Shown here: positions 9,322-18,309 of the stretch, in pieces
Layout of the letters: each line of letters starts with the position of its first letter
How positions within the stretch are numbered: the first letter of the stretch is position 1
Translations under genes and position numbers: made by a program
Notes under the pieces: generated by a model
Database searches by the model: none
What the model was told of the DNA's origin: nothing
Seen by the model: the letters and a program-made list of their open reading frames with translations, nothing else
From: Vicinamibacteria bacterium
GTDB taxonomy: Bacteria; Acidobacteriota; Vicinamibacteria; Marinacidobacterales; Marinacidobacteraceae
Reading direction: 5' to 3'
Assembly: GCA_963422395.1 (NCBI GenBank)
Contig: OY729431.1
Span: 800,001 to 864,000, forward strand
DNA length: 64,000 nucleotides

Positions 9322-10604
9322 GCAGCGTCGGCGATGTCCCTGGCAGCATCCTGGGAAATGACGCAATTAGAACGGAAATCGACGACCCCGGGGCGCCGGG
9401 GGTCTATGTCCATGTCCCTTTCTGTCGGCGCATCTGTCCCTATTGCGACTTCGCGGTGACCCCGCTCGGCGGGCGCGGCGAAGAGGGAGCGGCGCGGTTC
9501 GCGGGCTACCGGCGGGCGCTGCTCGGAGAAATCGGACTGCGGGCCGCAAGGCTCGGCGCCGACACGGTGTACTTCGGGGGCGGCACCCCGTCGCTCGCGC
9601 CCCCCGGGTTCTTCGCCGAGGTCCTCTCGGCGCTCGTCGGGCGGGGGCTCGCCGCCCCTTCCCCCTTCGTGGTGATCGAGGCGAACCCCGAGGACCTGGC
9701 CCGGGGCGCGGGCCTCGGGCTGGCGCGGCGGCTGGCCGGGGAAGGGATCTCGGGAGTCAGCCTCGGGGCGCAGTCGCTCGACGACCGCCGGCTGCGGTTT
9801 CTGGGCCGCCGGCACACCGGCGCCGAGGTCCGCGCTGCGGTCTCGCACCTCGGCGAAGCGGGAATCTCCTGGATCTCGTTCGACTTCCTCTACGGCACCG
9901 CGGGGCAGGCCTCGGCTCCGCTCCGGGGAGAGCTCGAAGCGGCGGCCTCGCTCCCGGGGGTGACCCATCTCTCCGCCTACGAACTCACCGTCGAGCCGGG
10001 GACCGCCTTCGGGCGCCGGGCAGCCGCCGGAGAGCGGCTTTGCGCCCGCGGGAAGGGGGAGGACTCCCTCTTCCGGGTGGTGCACGAAACCCTCGCCGCC
10101 TTCGGTTTTCCCGCATACGAAGCGTCGAACTTCGCCTCGGCGCCGGAGCAGCAGTCGCGCCACAACCGGAAATACTGGAGCGGCGCCGGCTACCTCGGCA
10201 TCGGACCCTCCGCGCATTCGTTCGCGCCGGACCGGGCGGAGCGCTCCTGGAACCACCGCAGCCGGGGCGCCTGGCAGGCCGCGCTCGAACGCTCCGTGCT
10301 GCCGACCGCCGGACACGAGACGCTCGCCCCTCCGGCGCGCGCCCTCGAGGAGCTGTTCTTGCAGCTTCGCACCACGGCGGGGCTCGACCTCGACGGCTTC
10401 GCCGCCCGCCACGGTGAGGCAGCAGTCCGAGCGAACCGGGACCTTTTCACCGGTTGGGAAACCCGCGGGCTGGTCCGCATCGAACGGACGGATGGGGCGG
10501 CCCGGCTCGCTCCCACCCTCTCCGGGCTGGCACTCGCCGACTCGCTGGCCCGCGAAGTGGACCTCTCCCCGGTTCGAGGAGCCCCCGAAAGGGCTGCGGC
10601 GTGA
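9318..10604 (+). CDS. hemW: Radical SAM heme chaperone HemW (HemN-like)
   Basis: YVHVPFCRRICPYCDF, FGGGTPS, EANP, HNRKYW, GIGPSAHS. GTGA overlap with the lepA stop. Confidence 0.88.
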   Translation: MSSVGDVPGSILGNDAIRTEIDDPGAPGVYVHVPFCRRICPYCDFAVTPLGGRGEEGAARFAGYRRALLGEIGLRAARLGADTVYFGGGTPSLAPPGFFAEVLSALVGRGLAAPSPFVVIEANPEDLARGAGLGLARRLAGEGISGVSLGAQSLDDRRLRFLGRRHTGAEVRAAVSHLGEAGISWISFDFLYGTAGQASAPLRGELEAAASLPGVTHLSAYELTVEPGTAFGRRAAAGERLCARGKGEDSLFRVVHETLAAFGFPAYEASNFASAPEQQSRHNRKYWSGAGYLGIGPSAHSFAPDRAERSWNHRSRGAWQAALERSVLPTAGHETLAPPARALEELFLQLRTTAGLDLDGFAARHGEAAVRANRDLFTGWETRGLVRIERTDGAARLAPTLSGLALADSLAREVDLSPVRGAPERAAA

Positions 10605-11947
10605 GCCCTGCGGCAGCCGCGCCGCTCTCCTCGAAACGCATCTTCTGGGTCTGGCTGCCGATGGCGGCCACCTGGCTGATGATGTCGGTCGAGGGGCTGC
10701 TGATCGCTGCGGTGGTGGCGCGGCTCCCCGAAGCCACGGTGAATCTCGCAGCGTTCGGGATCGCGTTCGGGTTCGCGCTCATCCTCGAAGCGCCGATCAT
10801 CATGATCCTGAGCGCTTCCACTGCGCTCTGCCGCGACCGGGAGGCGTTCCTCGCGCTCAGGCGCTTCGGCGCGTCGCTGAATCTGATGCTCTCGGTGGTG
10901 GTGGTGGTGTGGGCCGCCACCCCGTTCTACGGCACCTTCGCCGAAGAAGTGATGGGTCTGGACCCGGAGACCGCGCGCCTCAGCCGTCTCGCGCTGCTCT
11001 CGTTCCTGCCGTGGCCGGCGGCGATCGGCTATCGCCGCTTCTACCAGGGAGTGATGATCCGACACGGGCACACGCGGCGGATCGCCTACGGAACCATGAT
11101 CCGCCTGGCGGGCATGGGAGGGACCGCGCTCGCGCTCTTCGAATCGCCGATTCCGGGAGCGATCATCGGCGCGGCGGCGCTTTCGGCGGCGGTGCTGCTC
11201 GAGGCTGCGGTCACCCGCCTGATGGCTCGGGACGCGGTCCGCGCCGTGCTCCGCACCCCCCGCGCCGGAGGAGAGCCGCTCACCACTCCCCGGATCCTGC
11301 GTTTCTACATCCCGCTGCTCGTCAGTTCGATCATCGCGCTCGCGATCCACCCGCTCGTCAACCTGTTCCTCGGCCACTCCCGGCTCGCGCTGGAGTCGCT
11401 CGCCACCTACCCGGTGGTGGCGTCGCTCTCCTTCGTGTTCCGCAGCATGGGGCTCTCGTTCCAGGAGGTGGCGATCGCCTTCATGGACGGAAGCCGTCAG
11501 CGCTTCCGGGCGCTCCTGCGTTTCGCCCTCGGGCTGGGAGCGGCCGCCTGCGTCGCTCAGGGGGTGATCGCCCTGACCCCCCTCGCCGGGCTCTGGTTCC
11601 GTGGGATCGCCGCCCTCGGCCCTCGGCTCGTGGATCTCTCGGTGCCGGCGCTGCAGGTGCTGGTGCTGATGCCCTTCCTGTCGGTACTGCTCGCCTTCTG
11701 CCGTGCGCTCCTCGTCTGGAGCGGCGAGACGCGCGCGATCACCTGGGCGGGAATCCTGGAGACGGTAGTGGTGATCGGCACCCTCTGGCTGCTGATCGAG
11801 CCGCTGCACCTGGTGGGAGTCTTCGCGGCGTCCTGGGCGACGCTGGCCGCGCGGGGAGTGGATCTGCTCGCGCTCTACTACTGGTCGGCCCCGATCGCCC
11901 GCCGGCTCGATCCAGGCGGTGCGCATGAGGGGGCCTCCGGCGGGTGA
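10601..11947 (+). CDS. MATE/MOP-superfamily (ANKH-like) multi-pass membrane protein
   Basis: About 12 hydrophobic segments with two-fold internal similarity (IFWVWLPMAATW / ILRFYIPLLVSS). GTGA overlap with hemW. Confidence 0.65.
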   Translation: MSPAAAAPLSSKRIFWVWLPMAATWLMMSVEGLLIAAVVARLPEATVNLAAFGIAFGFALILEAPIIMILSASTALCRDREAFLALRRFGASLNLMLSVVVVVWAATPFYGTFAEEVMGLDPETARLSRLALLSFLPWPAAIGYRRFYQGVMIRHGHTRRIAYGTMIRLAGMGGTALALFESPIPGAIIGAAALSAAVLLEAAVTRLMARDAVRAVLRTPRAGGEPLTTPRILRFYIPLLVSSIIALAIHPLVNLFLGHSRLALESLATYPVVASLSFVFRSMGLSFQEVAIAFMDGSRQRFRALLRFALGLGAAACVAQGVIALTPLAGLWFRGIAALGPRLVDLSVPALQVLVLMPFLSVLLAFCRALLVWSGETRAITWAGILETVVVIGTLWLLIEPLHLVGVFAASWATLAARGVDLLALYYWSAPIARRLDPGGAHEGASGG

Positions 11948-11954
11948 AGCGCGT

Positions 11955-13508
11955 TCATGCGGAGCGCCACTTCCCCAGGATGGTTTCGATCTCCTCCACC
12001 AGCGGCTGGATGCCGCTCTCTTTCCGTTTCGCCTCCATCCGGGCGACCGCCCGACAGATGTCCGGCGAATTCTCGGGGAGCGGCTCCGACAGCTCGCGGA
12101 GCTTCGCCTTGGCGATCTCGGAAGGCCGATCGGACGCGGCGGCATAGACGCTGTCCAGCCGCGCCGTCCGCGCGGAGAGGTCGTCCCGGGTCATCCTGAG
12201 CTCCGGGGCGGTGCGCTCCGGGTCCTGCACCAGCCGCTCCCAGATCCAGACCTCGGGGGCGGCACCGCCGGGAAGGAACAACACCGGGGCTTCTTCGGTT
12301 CCGGCCGCTTTCCGGATTTTCTCTTCCAGGGACCGCTGCCTCTGATCTCCGTCGAGGACGAACACGAAATTCTGGATCTGGCCGAACTTCCGAAAGGCGG
12401 CGGCGTGTGCCGGGAACTCGTCGGCGCCGGTGTCTCGTCCGATACGGACCGATTCGGGCCGAATCCGCAGCCGGGGCAGCAGGACATCGAAAACGCCGCG
12501 CAGGACGCCCTCGGCGGCTTCGTCTTCGCAGAGGAAGCCGAGCGCGCCGGTGGAGCGCCCGTAGAGCGCATCCTGCACCAGGTCCCGGTAGGGAGGGCGA
12601 ACGATCACCCGGCCGCTCTCCTCCCGCTCCAGGAAGATGCGCCCGTGAGGCGGGACCGCATCGAGCACGACCGGACTGTGGGTGGTCACGAGGACCTGCA
12701 GGTCGTTTCGCAGCGCGAGTTCTTGCAGATGCAGCATGAGGAGCTGCTGTACCCACGGGTGGAGCCCGGCCTCCACCTCGTCGATCAGCACCAGCGCGCC
12801 GCGGACCTGGGCGATCTCCTGCGACAGCCGGAAGAGGGCCCGTTCGCCGGCGGCCATGTGCAGCTCGGAATAGGCCGCTCCACCCTCCTGGGAAGCGAAC
12901 AGCAGATTTTTCCTGCCGCTCGTCAGATCCAGGACTCGCGAATAGCGGAACGGGAGCATTCGCTGCGCGAATTCGATCTGGGAGGCCGTCAGCGGTGCTT
13001 CTTTCGGCGCGGAACGCAGCCGCGACATGCTCAGAACCCCGCGCACTTCGGCCGGGTTGCTCAGATTGCTGAGCGTCCGCAGATAGACCGGCCGTTCCGG
13101 CTGGACCGCCCCCCTTCTCCCCTCGAAGCTGCGGTTCCATCCCTTGGATCGCCGCCAGCGCATCGACATCCGGCCGTCCGGCGTCGAGTATTCGAATCCG
13201 AGGACCACTTCCTTCGACTCGTCGCGCAGGTCGCCGACTCGGGGCCGGTAATCGGGGAAGAGCGTGGACGGCACGAAATCTCTGACACCCGCTCCCGGGA
13301 CCCGGTAGGCGCAGGCCGCCGCGAAGAGCACGGTGGACTTGCCGCTCGCGTTGCCTCCGGCGATCACGCTCACCGGATAGTCGAACCCCACCCGGAGGTC
13401 TCCGACCCCGCGAATTCCCCGGAGCCGCACCTCGGCCAGGAAGTGCGGCAGGTGAGGCTTCTTTCCCTGCAAGCGCTCCCACAGCCGGTGGAGCCGCTGC
13501 TGCATCAT
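11955..13508 (-). CDS. ABC-like ATPase fused to a TOPRIM-like domain (OLD/PARIS-like ATP-dependent nuclease)
   Basis: GGNASGKST, HMAAGE, LIDEVEAGLHP, TTHSP; C-terminal FLCEDEAA...FVLDGD. ATGA overlap with the upstream permease. Confidence 0.8.
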   Translation of the reverse strand: MMQQRLHRLWERLQGKKPHLPHFLAEVRLRGIRGVGDLRVGFDYPVSVIAGGNASGKSTVLFAAACAYRVPGAGVRDFVPSTLFPDYRPRVGDLRDESKEVVLGFEYSTPDGRMSMRWRRSKGWNRSFEGRRGAVQPERPVYLRTLSNLSNPAEVRGVLSMSRLRSAPKEAPLTASQIEFAQRMLPFRYSRVLDLTSGRKNLLFASQEGGAAYSELHMAAGERALFRLSQEIAQVRGALVLIDEVEAGLHPWVQQLLMLHLQELALRNDLQVLVTTHSPVVLDAVPPHGRIFLEREESGRVIVRPPYRDLVQDALYGRSTGALGFLCEDEAAEGVLRGVFDVLLPRLRIRPESVRIGRDTGADEFPAHAAAFRKFGQIQNFVFVLDGDQRQRSLEEKIRKAAGTEEAPVLFLPGGAAPEVWIWERLVQDPERTAPELRMTRDDLSARTARLDSVYAAASDRPSEIAKAKLRELSEPLPENSPDICRAVARMEAKRKESGIQPLVEEIETILGKWRSA

Positions 13509-14917
13509 GCTCTCGGCTTCCCTCCGGGGAAAGGATAGGCAGCAGCCCCCGAGGCGCCGGATGCCCTCGGGGGGCCGCCGGTCCTCTGCCGCCGGCGGAA
13601 GACCGCGTAGGCGAGGAGGCCGAGGCCGAGGAATCCCAGCGAGAACCACATCCCCGAGGGGGGGCCGGTGAAGAAGAGCGCGATCCAGAGGGCGAGCGAG
13701 AACAGCGCCGGGATCGGATAGAGCCACATCCGGAAGGGCTGGGCGATGTCCTTTCGGTACCGCGCGATCAGCAGCACCGCGATGCACTGCCAGGCGAAGC
13801 GGAGGAGGATCTGGACCTGCATGAGCCAGTTCACCAGCTGCCCCAGGCTGAAGAAGCAGAACGGGATCGAGGCGGCGATCAGCCAGAGCAGCGACACATG
13901 GGGGAAGCCCCGGGTCGGGTGGAGCCGACCGAAGACGGCGAAGAACTGGCCGTCCCGCGCGGCGGCGTAGGGCATTCGGGAGTAACCGAGCGCGAAGGCG
14001 AAAACCGAAGCGATCGCGACGAAGAGGATCAGCGCGGTGATCACCGAACCCGCCATCGCGGCGAGGGCGGGATCCTCGACGGACGCGGCGATGAAAGTGG
14101 AGGCGATGGTGGTGCTGCCTTTCGCTTCCTGCCAGGGGATGCTGCCCAGCATCACCGTGCTCATGGCGATGTAGATCGCCGCCACCACCGCGATCGAGAG
14201 CAGGATGGAGCGGGGGACATTGCGTGCCGGGTTCTTCACCTCGCCCGCGATGTTGCAAACCTGGTTGTAGCCGCCGAAGCTGTACATGGCGATCACCGCG
14301 GCGGCGCCGAGCGCGGGCCAGAAGCCGGCGTCGAAGCCCTGCGGCGGGGTGAAAGAGGGTAGGCCCGGGCTTTCGATCAGCCCGGCGGCGATCACCCAGC
14401 CGGTGGTGGCGAGGACCAGCGCCAGCATCGCCTTCGAAAGCCGCTCCACCGATTCGATGTTCCGGTAGAGGAGGAAGAGCACCAGCACGCAAACCGAGGC
14501 GGCGGCGAGGTGGTGGGGCAGCCCGTGGAGGTTCGGCAGGTAGAAGCCCAGGTAGTCGGCGAACCCCACCGCTCCGCCGGCGAGCGACAGCGGCGCCACC
14601 AGCAGGATGTGGAACAGGAACAGGAAGGCCATCAGCCGACCGAGCCCGAAGGGGCGAAACGCCTCCCGGAGGTAGAGATAGGGGCCTCCGTTTCCGGGGA
14701 GCGCCGCCCCGAGCTGGGCATAGACCAGCCCGTCGGCCAGCGAGAGCAGGGCGCCGACGAGCCAGGCCCAGAGGATGTGCGGCCCCTCCATCGCCGCCAC
14801 CATCAGTGGAATCGTCAGGAAGGGGCCGATCCCCACCATTCCGATGATGTTCGTCGCGGTGGCCCCGGAGAGGCCCATCCGCCGCGCCAGCGGTCCGCCC
14901 GATCCTGCTCTGCTCAT
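13505..14917 (-). CDS. APC family amino acid permease
   Basis: NIIGMVGIGPF, YAQLGAALPGNGGPYLYL, YSFGGYN..CNIAGEVKNPARNVPRS, SRMPYAAARDG. Confidence 0.9.
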   Translation of the reverse strand: MSRAGSGGPLARRMGLSGATATNIIGMVGIGPFLTIPLMVAAMEGPHILWAWLVGALLSLADGLVYAQLGAALPGNGGPYLYLREAFRPFGLGRLMAFLFLFHILLVAPLSLAGGAVGFADYLGFYLPNLHGLPHHLAAASVCVLVLFLLYRNIESVERLSKAMLALVLATTGWVIAAGLIESPGLPSFTPPQGFDAGFWPALGAAAVIAMYSFGGYNQVCNIAGEVKNPARNVPRSILLSIAVVAAIYIAMSTVMLGSIPWQEAKGSTTIASTFIAASVEDPALAAMAGSVITALILFVAIASVFAFALGYSRMPYAAARDGQFFAVFGRLHPTRGFPHVSLLWLIAASIPFCFFSLGQLVNWLMQVQILLRFAWQCIAVLLIARYRKDIAQPFRMWLYPIPALFSLALWIALFFTGPPSGMWFSLGFLGLGLLAYAVFRRRQRTGGPPRASGASGAAAYPFPGGKPRA

Positions 14918-15045
14918 GGGGGAAGCCTCTCACTTCCTCGAGGCATCGCGGAGGCGGTGCGCCGTGCAGCCCGTCCGGTATCGTTTCGGAATCCGCCGGG
15001 AATCCACGCGGCGGCCCGGATCGAGACCCCGAGGAGGTCAAAGGC

Positions 15046-15705
15046 ATGTCCCTCCGCATCGGCGACACCGCCCCCGACTTCACCGCCCGCACCACCCAGG
15101 GAACCCTCCGCTTCCACGACTGGATCGGCGGCGGCTGGGCGATCCTCTTCTCCCACCCCAAGGACTTCACCCCGGTGTGCACCACCGAGCTCGGCTACCT
15201 GGCGGGGCTTCGTCCGGAGTTCGAAAAGCGCAACTGCAAGATCCTGGGGCTGAGCGTGGACCCGGTCGAGGACCATGAGCGCTGGATCCATGACATCGAG
15301 GAAACCCAGGGCCATGCAGTGGACTACCCGCTCGTCGGCGACGACGACCTCGCGGTGGCGAAGCTCTACGGCATGATCCATCCGAACGCGCTCGGCGGAA
15401 ACCGCACCGCGCTGGACAACATGACGGTGCGCTCGGTATTCGTCGTCGGCCCCGACAAGCGGGTGAAGCTCATCCTCACCTACCCGATGACCACCGGGCG
15501 GAACTTCGACGAAGTGCTGCGGGTGCTCGATTCGATGCAGCTCACCGCCGAGCACGAGGTCGCCACTCCGGTCAACTGGAAGCGCGGCGACGAGGTGATC
15601 ATCGTCCCCGCGGTCTCCGACGAGGCGGCGCGTGAGAAGTATCCCGACGGCTGGCGGGCGCCGAAGCCCTACCTGCGCCTCGTCGCCCAGCCCGGCAGCG
15701 AGTAG
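15046..15705 (+). CDS. 1-Cys peroxiredoxin (Prx6 family)
   Basis: FSHPKDFTPVCTTELG, YPMTTGRNFDEVLR, ATPVNWK; GAGGAGG RBS upstream. Confidence 0.95.
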   Translation: MSLRIGDTAPDFTARTTQGTLRFHDWIGGGWAILFSHPKDFTPVCTTELGYLAGLRPEFEKRNCKILGLSVDPVEDHERWIHDIEETQGHAVDYPLVGDDDLAVAKLYGMIHPNALGGNRTALDNMTVRSVFVVGPDKRVKLILTYPMTTGRNFDEVLRVLDSMQLTAEHEVATPVNWKRGDEVIIVPAVSDEAAREKYPDGWRAPKPYLRLVAQPGSE

Positions 15706-15930
15706 CCGGCACTCCTGGAATACGCCCCGCGCTCTCCGGACGCGGGGAGCTCGCACGCAGCGAGGCAGGCACTGGGAGGCGGGCACTGGGATACGCCGTC
15801 GCCGGGCCAGGGAGTGCGGAGCGCCTCGCCACTCGGCGCTGCCGGCTCCGGGAGTTCCCGCGAAGGGGGATCAGCAGCCGCTGATGAAGTGCTGTGTGTG
15901 CCGCCCCGACGCCGCGCTCGCATGAACGAT

Positions 15931-17283
15931 CTACCGAAAGGTCACCGCCAGCTTCGGGAGCACCGCCGCCGCTGCCGGGCCGCCCGCCGGGTGGTCCCGG
16001 AGCGCTTCCGCGGCGAGCCGGGGGTCGCCGGCGAGCGCAGCGCGCACGATCTGCCGCTCGCAGTCCCGCACTCGGCGCAGCAGGTTCCCGGCGAGGACGG
16101 GCAGGGGCGGCTGGGGGATCGGGGCCGCTCCCTCCGGTCCGATCCGGGCGGGAACCTCGACCACATCGTCCGCCGGCAGTTCGGGGATCGCGGGGCCGCC
16201 CGCGGGGGTTCGGTTCCCGGTATTCACCACGATTTCCGCGGGCGCGGCGCCGAGGCGCGCGCGGATCACCCGGAGTCCGATCCGGTCGTAGCCGAAGGCG
16301 TCGGTCTCTCGTCGGAACGGAGCCGCTGCCGCCGCGCTTTCGTCGGCCCCGGACTCGATCCGGAAATAAGAGCCGTTACGGGCGTCCATCACCCGGCGCC
16401 AGGCGGCGAGCGCCTGCTGCGGGCGGCTCGCCGGCGCTCCGAGGGCGGCGAAGAACTGCGCTTCGAGTTCGAGGATCGACTCTCCGCGGGTGGCTCCGGC
16501 AGCGGCGGTGCGCTCGCGGGCGCGCTCCGGATGGAGGTGGAGGAAAACGTACTCCGAGGGAATCGCCCCTGCCATTTCGGATGGCTCGAAGAGCGGCGCC
16601 CGATGGACGCGGAGCAACCGGTCCGGGTCGCGGAAGAGGCCGCCGAGCCGGTTCTCCGGGGGAAATGGGGCATCGGCGCCCGGCTCTTTTCCGTAGAGGG
16701 CGGTGAGCCAGCCGAGGTGGTTGATCCCCGACCAGCCGCAGGAGCACGCCGCCGGGTCGAGATAGAGGAGGCCGGCGGCCCGCTCGACGAGTTCGGCGGG
16801 GGTGTCGCAGATTCCGATCACCTCGAGCGCGGTCTCTCGCCGGAGCGCGTCGGTGACCATCCCCGCCGGGTTCGTGTAGTTGATCCAGACGGCGTCCGGC
16901 GCTTCGCGCTCGGCGACCCGGGCGAGCTCGAGCACCGCCGGGATGTTCCGCAGAGCCAGCGCCGCCCCCGCGGCGCCGACGGTTTCCTGGCCGAGGACCC
17001 CGGCGTCGAGACAGCGGCGTTCGTCGCTGGCACGGGCCTCTTGCCCTCCCGCCCGGAGGGCGGCGATCACGAAGCGGCATCCCTGGATGGCTTCCTCCGC
17101 ATCGATCGTGTCCCGAATGGGGAGCTCCGGAGCGAGCGCCCGCGAAACCCGCGCGATCGCGGCGAGCCGCGCCCTATCCGGATCGAAGAGCGCCAGCTCC
17201 CGGACCCCGAGCCCGCTCGTCCCGAGTGCCCGCGCGAGGAGCGGTGCCCGCAGCCCCCCGCCCCCGAGGACCGCGATCTTCAC
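15931..17283 (-). CDS. Glycoside hydrolase family 4 (6-phospho-beta-glucosidase-like)
   Basis: KIAVLGGGG, GQETVGAAG, NYTNPAG, GICD, GINHLGW, VVEVPA. GTG start at 17283. Confidence 0.88.
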   Translation of the reverse strand: MKIAVLGGGGLRAPLLARALGTSGLGVRELALFDPDRARLAAIARVSRALAPELPIRDTIDAEEAIQGCRFVIAALRAGGQEARASDERRCLDAGVLGQETVGAAGAALALRNIPAVLELARVAEREAPDAVWINYTNPAGMVTDALRRETALEVIGICDTPAELVERAAGLLYLDPAACSCGWSGINHLGWLTALYGKEPGADAPFPPENRLGGLFRDPDRLLRVHRAPLFEPSEMAGAIPSEYVFLHLHPERARERTAAAGATRGESILELEAQFFAALGAPASRPQQALAAWRRVMDARNGSYFRIESGADESAAAAAPFRRETDAFGYDRIGLRVIRARLGAAPAEIVVNTGNRTPAGGPAIPELPADDVVEVPARIGPEGAAPIPQPPLPVLAGNLLRRVRDCERQIVRAALAGDPRLAAEALRDHPAGGPAAAAVLPKLAVTFR

Positions 17284-17290
17284 TGGAGCT

Positions 17291-18229
17291 TCAATCGGCA
17301 GGACGCCAGGGACGTTCCGGGAGCCCGCCGAGCCGCTGCACGCAGCGAACCCCGCAGGAGTTCCCCGCTGCGAGCTGCGCCTCGAGGGATCCGCCGCGGA
17401 GCCGGCGGGAGAGGAAGCCAGCGGCGAAGGCGTCGCCGGCGCCCGTGGTGTCGCGGACGCCGCGCAGCGGGAGCGGCGCCGGGACCGCGGTCTCCGGCCT
17501 GCCGAGGATCTGCGCACCGTGAGCCCCGGACTTGATCACCACGAGCGTCCCGGCTTCAGCTGCCCGATCGAGGAACTGCTTCCGCCCGTTGTAGAGCCCG
17601 GCCTCCGGCGCGTTCACGAAGACTCCGGTGGCGCTTCGGAGCAGCTCGAAGAAGCCGTCGCGGCTCGGCAGCCGTTCGTCGTGGCCGAAATCCCAGAACA
17701 CTTCGGGCGCCGGGTTCGCCTCGAACCGCTGCTTCGCCTGCCACTGCGCCCAGGCGCCGCAGGCGGCCGGAGTCATGGCGAACAACACCGTGTCGAATGA
17801 GGGGGCCCGGTCGAGCGCCCCGAAGATCCGCGTCTCGACTTCGGGATTGACGCCGGAGAAGGTGGCGAAACTCCGATCTTCCCCGAAGGAGAGGCACGCG
17901 GTGACGGCGTGCGGTTCTCCGGCCTTGCGGAGGTTTTCGTAGTGGATGCCTTCGCTGTGAAGGATCCGGCCGGCGCCCGGAGGCAGCCCCGAAAGCAACG
18001 TGACCTCGAGGCCTTCGGAACTCGCCCACGCCGAAACGATGAGCGCTCCGCCGCCGAAAGTGCGCCGGAAATGCCGGGTGCGCAACTCTTCCCCGCGCCG
18101 GGGCAGGCGCGGCAACCCCGCGAAGACGAGGTCTTCGAAGGATTCCCCGGCCACCAACAGCCGGGGCGCCGCGCGCGTCGCCAAGGAAGCGGAGGCTATC
18201 CGTTCTTGGGACGGCGTAAGGAAGCACAT
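17291..18229 (-). CDS. PfkB family carbohydrate kinase
   Basis: FGGGA, FVNAPEA, VIKSGAHG, DTTGAGDAFAAGF. Confidence 0.9.
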   Translation of the reverse strand: MCFLTPSQERIASASLATRAAPRLLVAGESFEDLVFAGLPRLPRRGEELRTRHFRRTFGGGALIVSAWASSEGLEVTLLSGLPPGAGRILHSEGIHYENLRKAGEPHAVTACLSFGEDRSFATFSGVNPEVETRIFGALDRAPSFDTVLFAMTPAACGAWAQWQAKQRFEANPAPEVFWDFGHDERLPSRDGFFELLRSATGVFVNAPEAGLYNGRKQFLDRAAEAGTLVVIKSGAHGAQILGRPETAVPAPLPLRGVRDTTGAGDAFAAGFLSRRLRGGSLEAQLAAGNSCGVRCVQRLGGLPERPWRPAD

Positions 18230-18309
18230 CCTGATCGGGACGAAAGTTCCGCCCGCTGTCGACGAGAGGTTGACGGCAACTCCCTCGCTCCTACACTTCC
18301 AGAGTCCTG

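Noticed and set aside
15706-15930. 225-bp gap between convergent peroxiredoxin and GH4 genes with short repeats (ctggaatacgcc / ctgggatacgcc) and a small hairpin
   Set aside because: No convincing ORF, RNA family or similarity to the 252-bp repeat; insufficient support.
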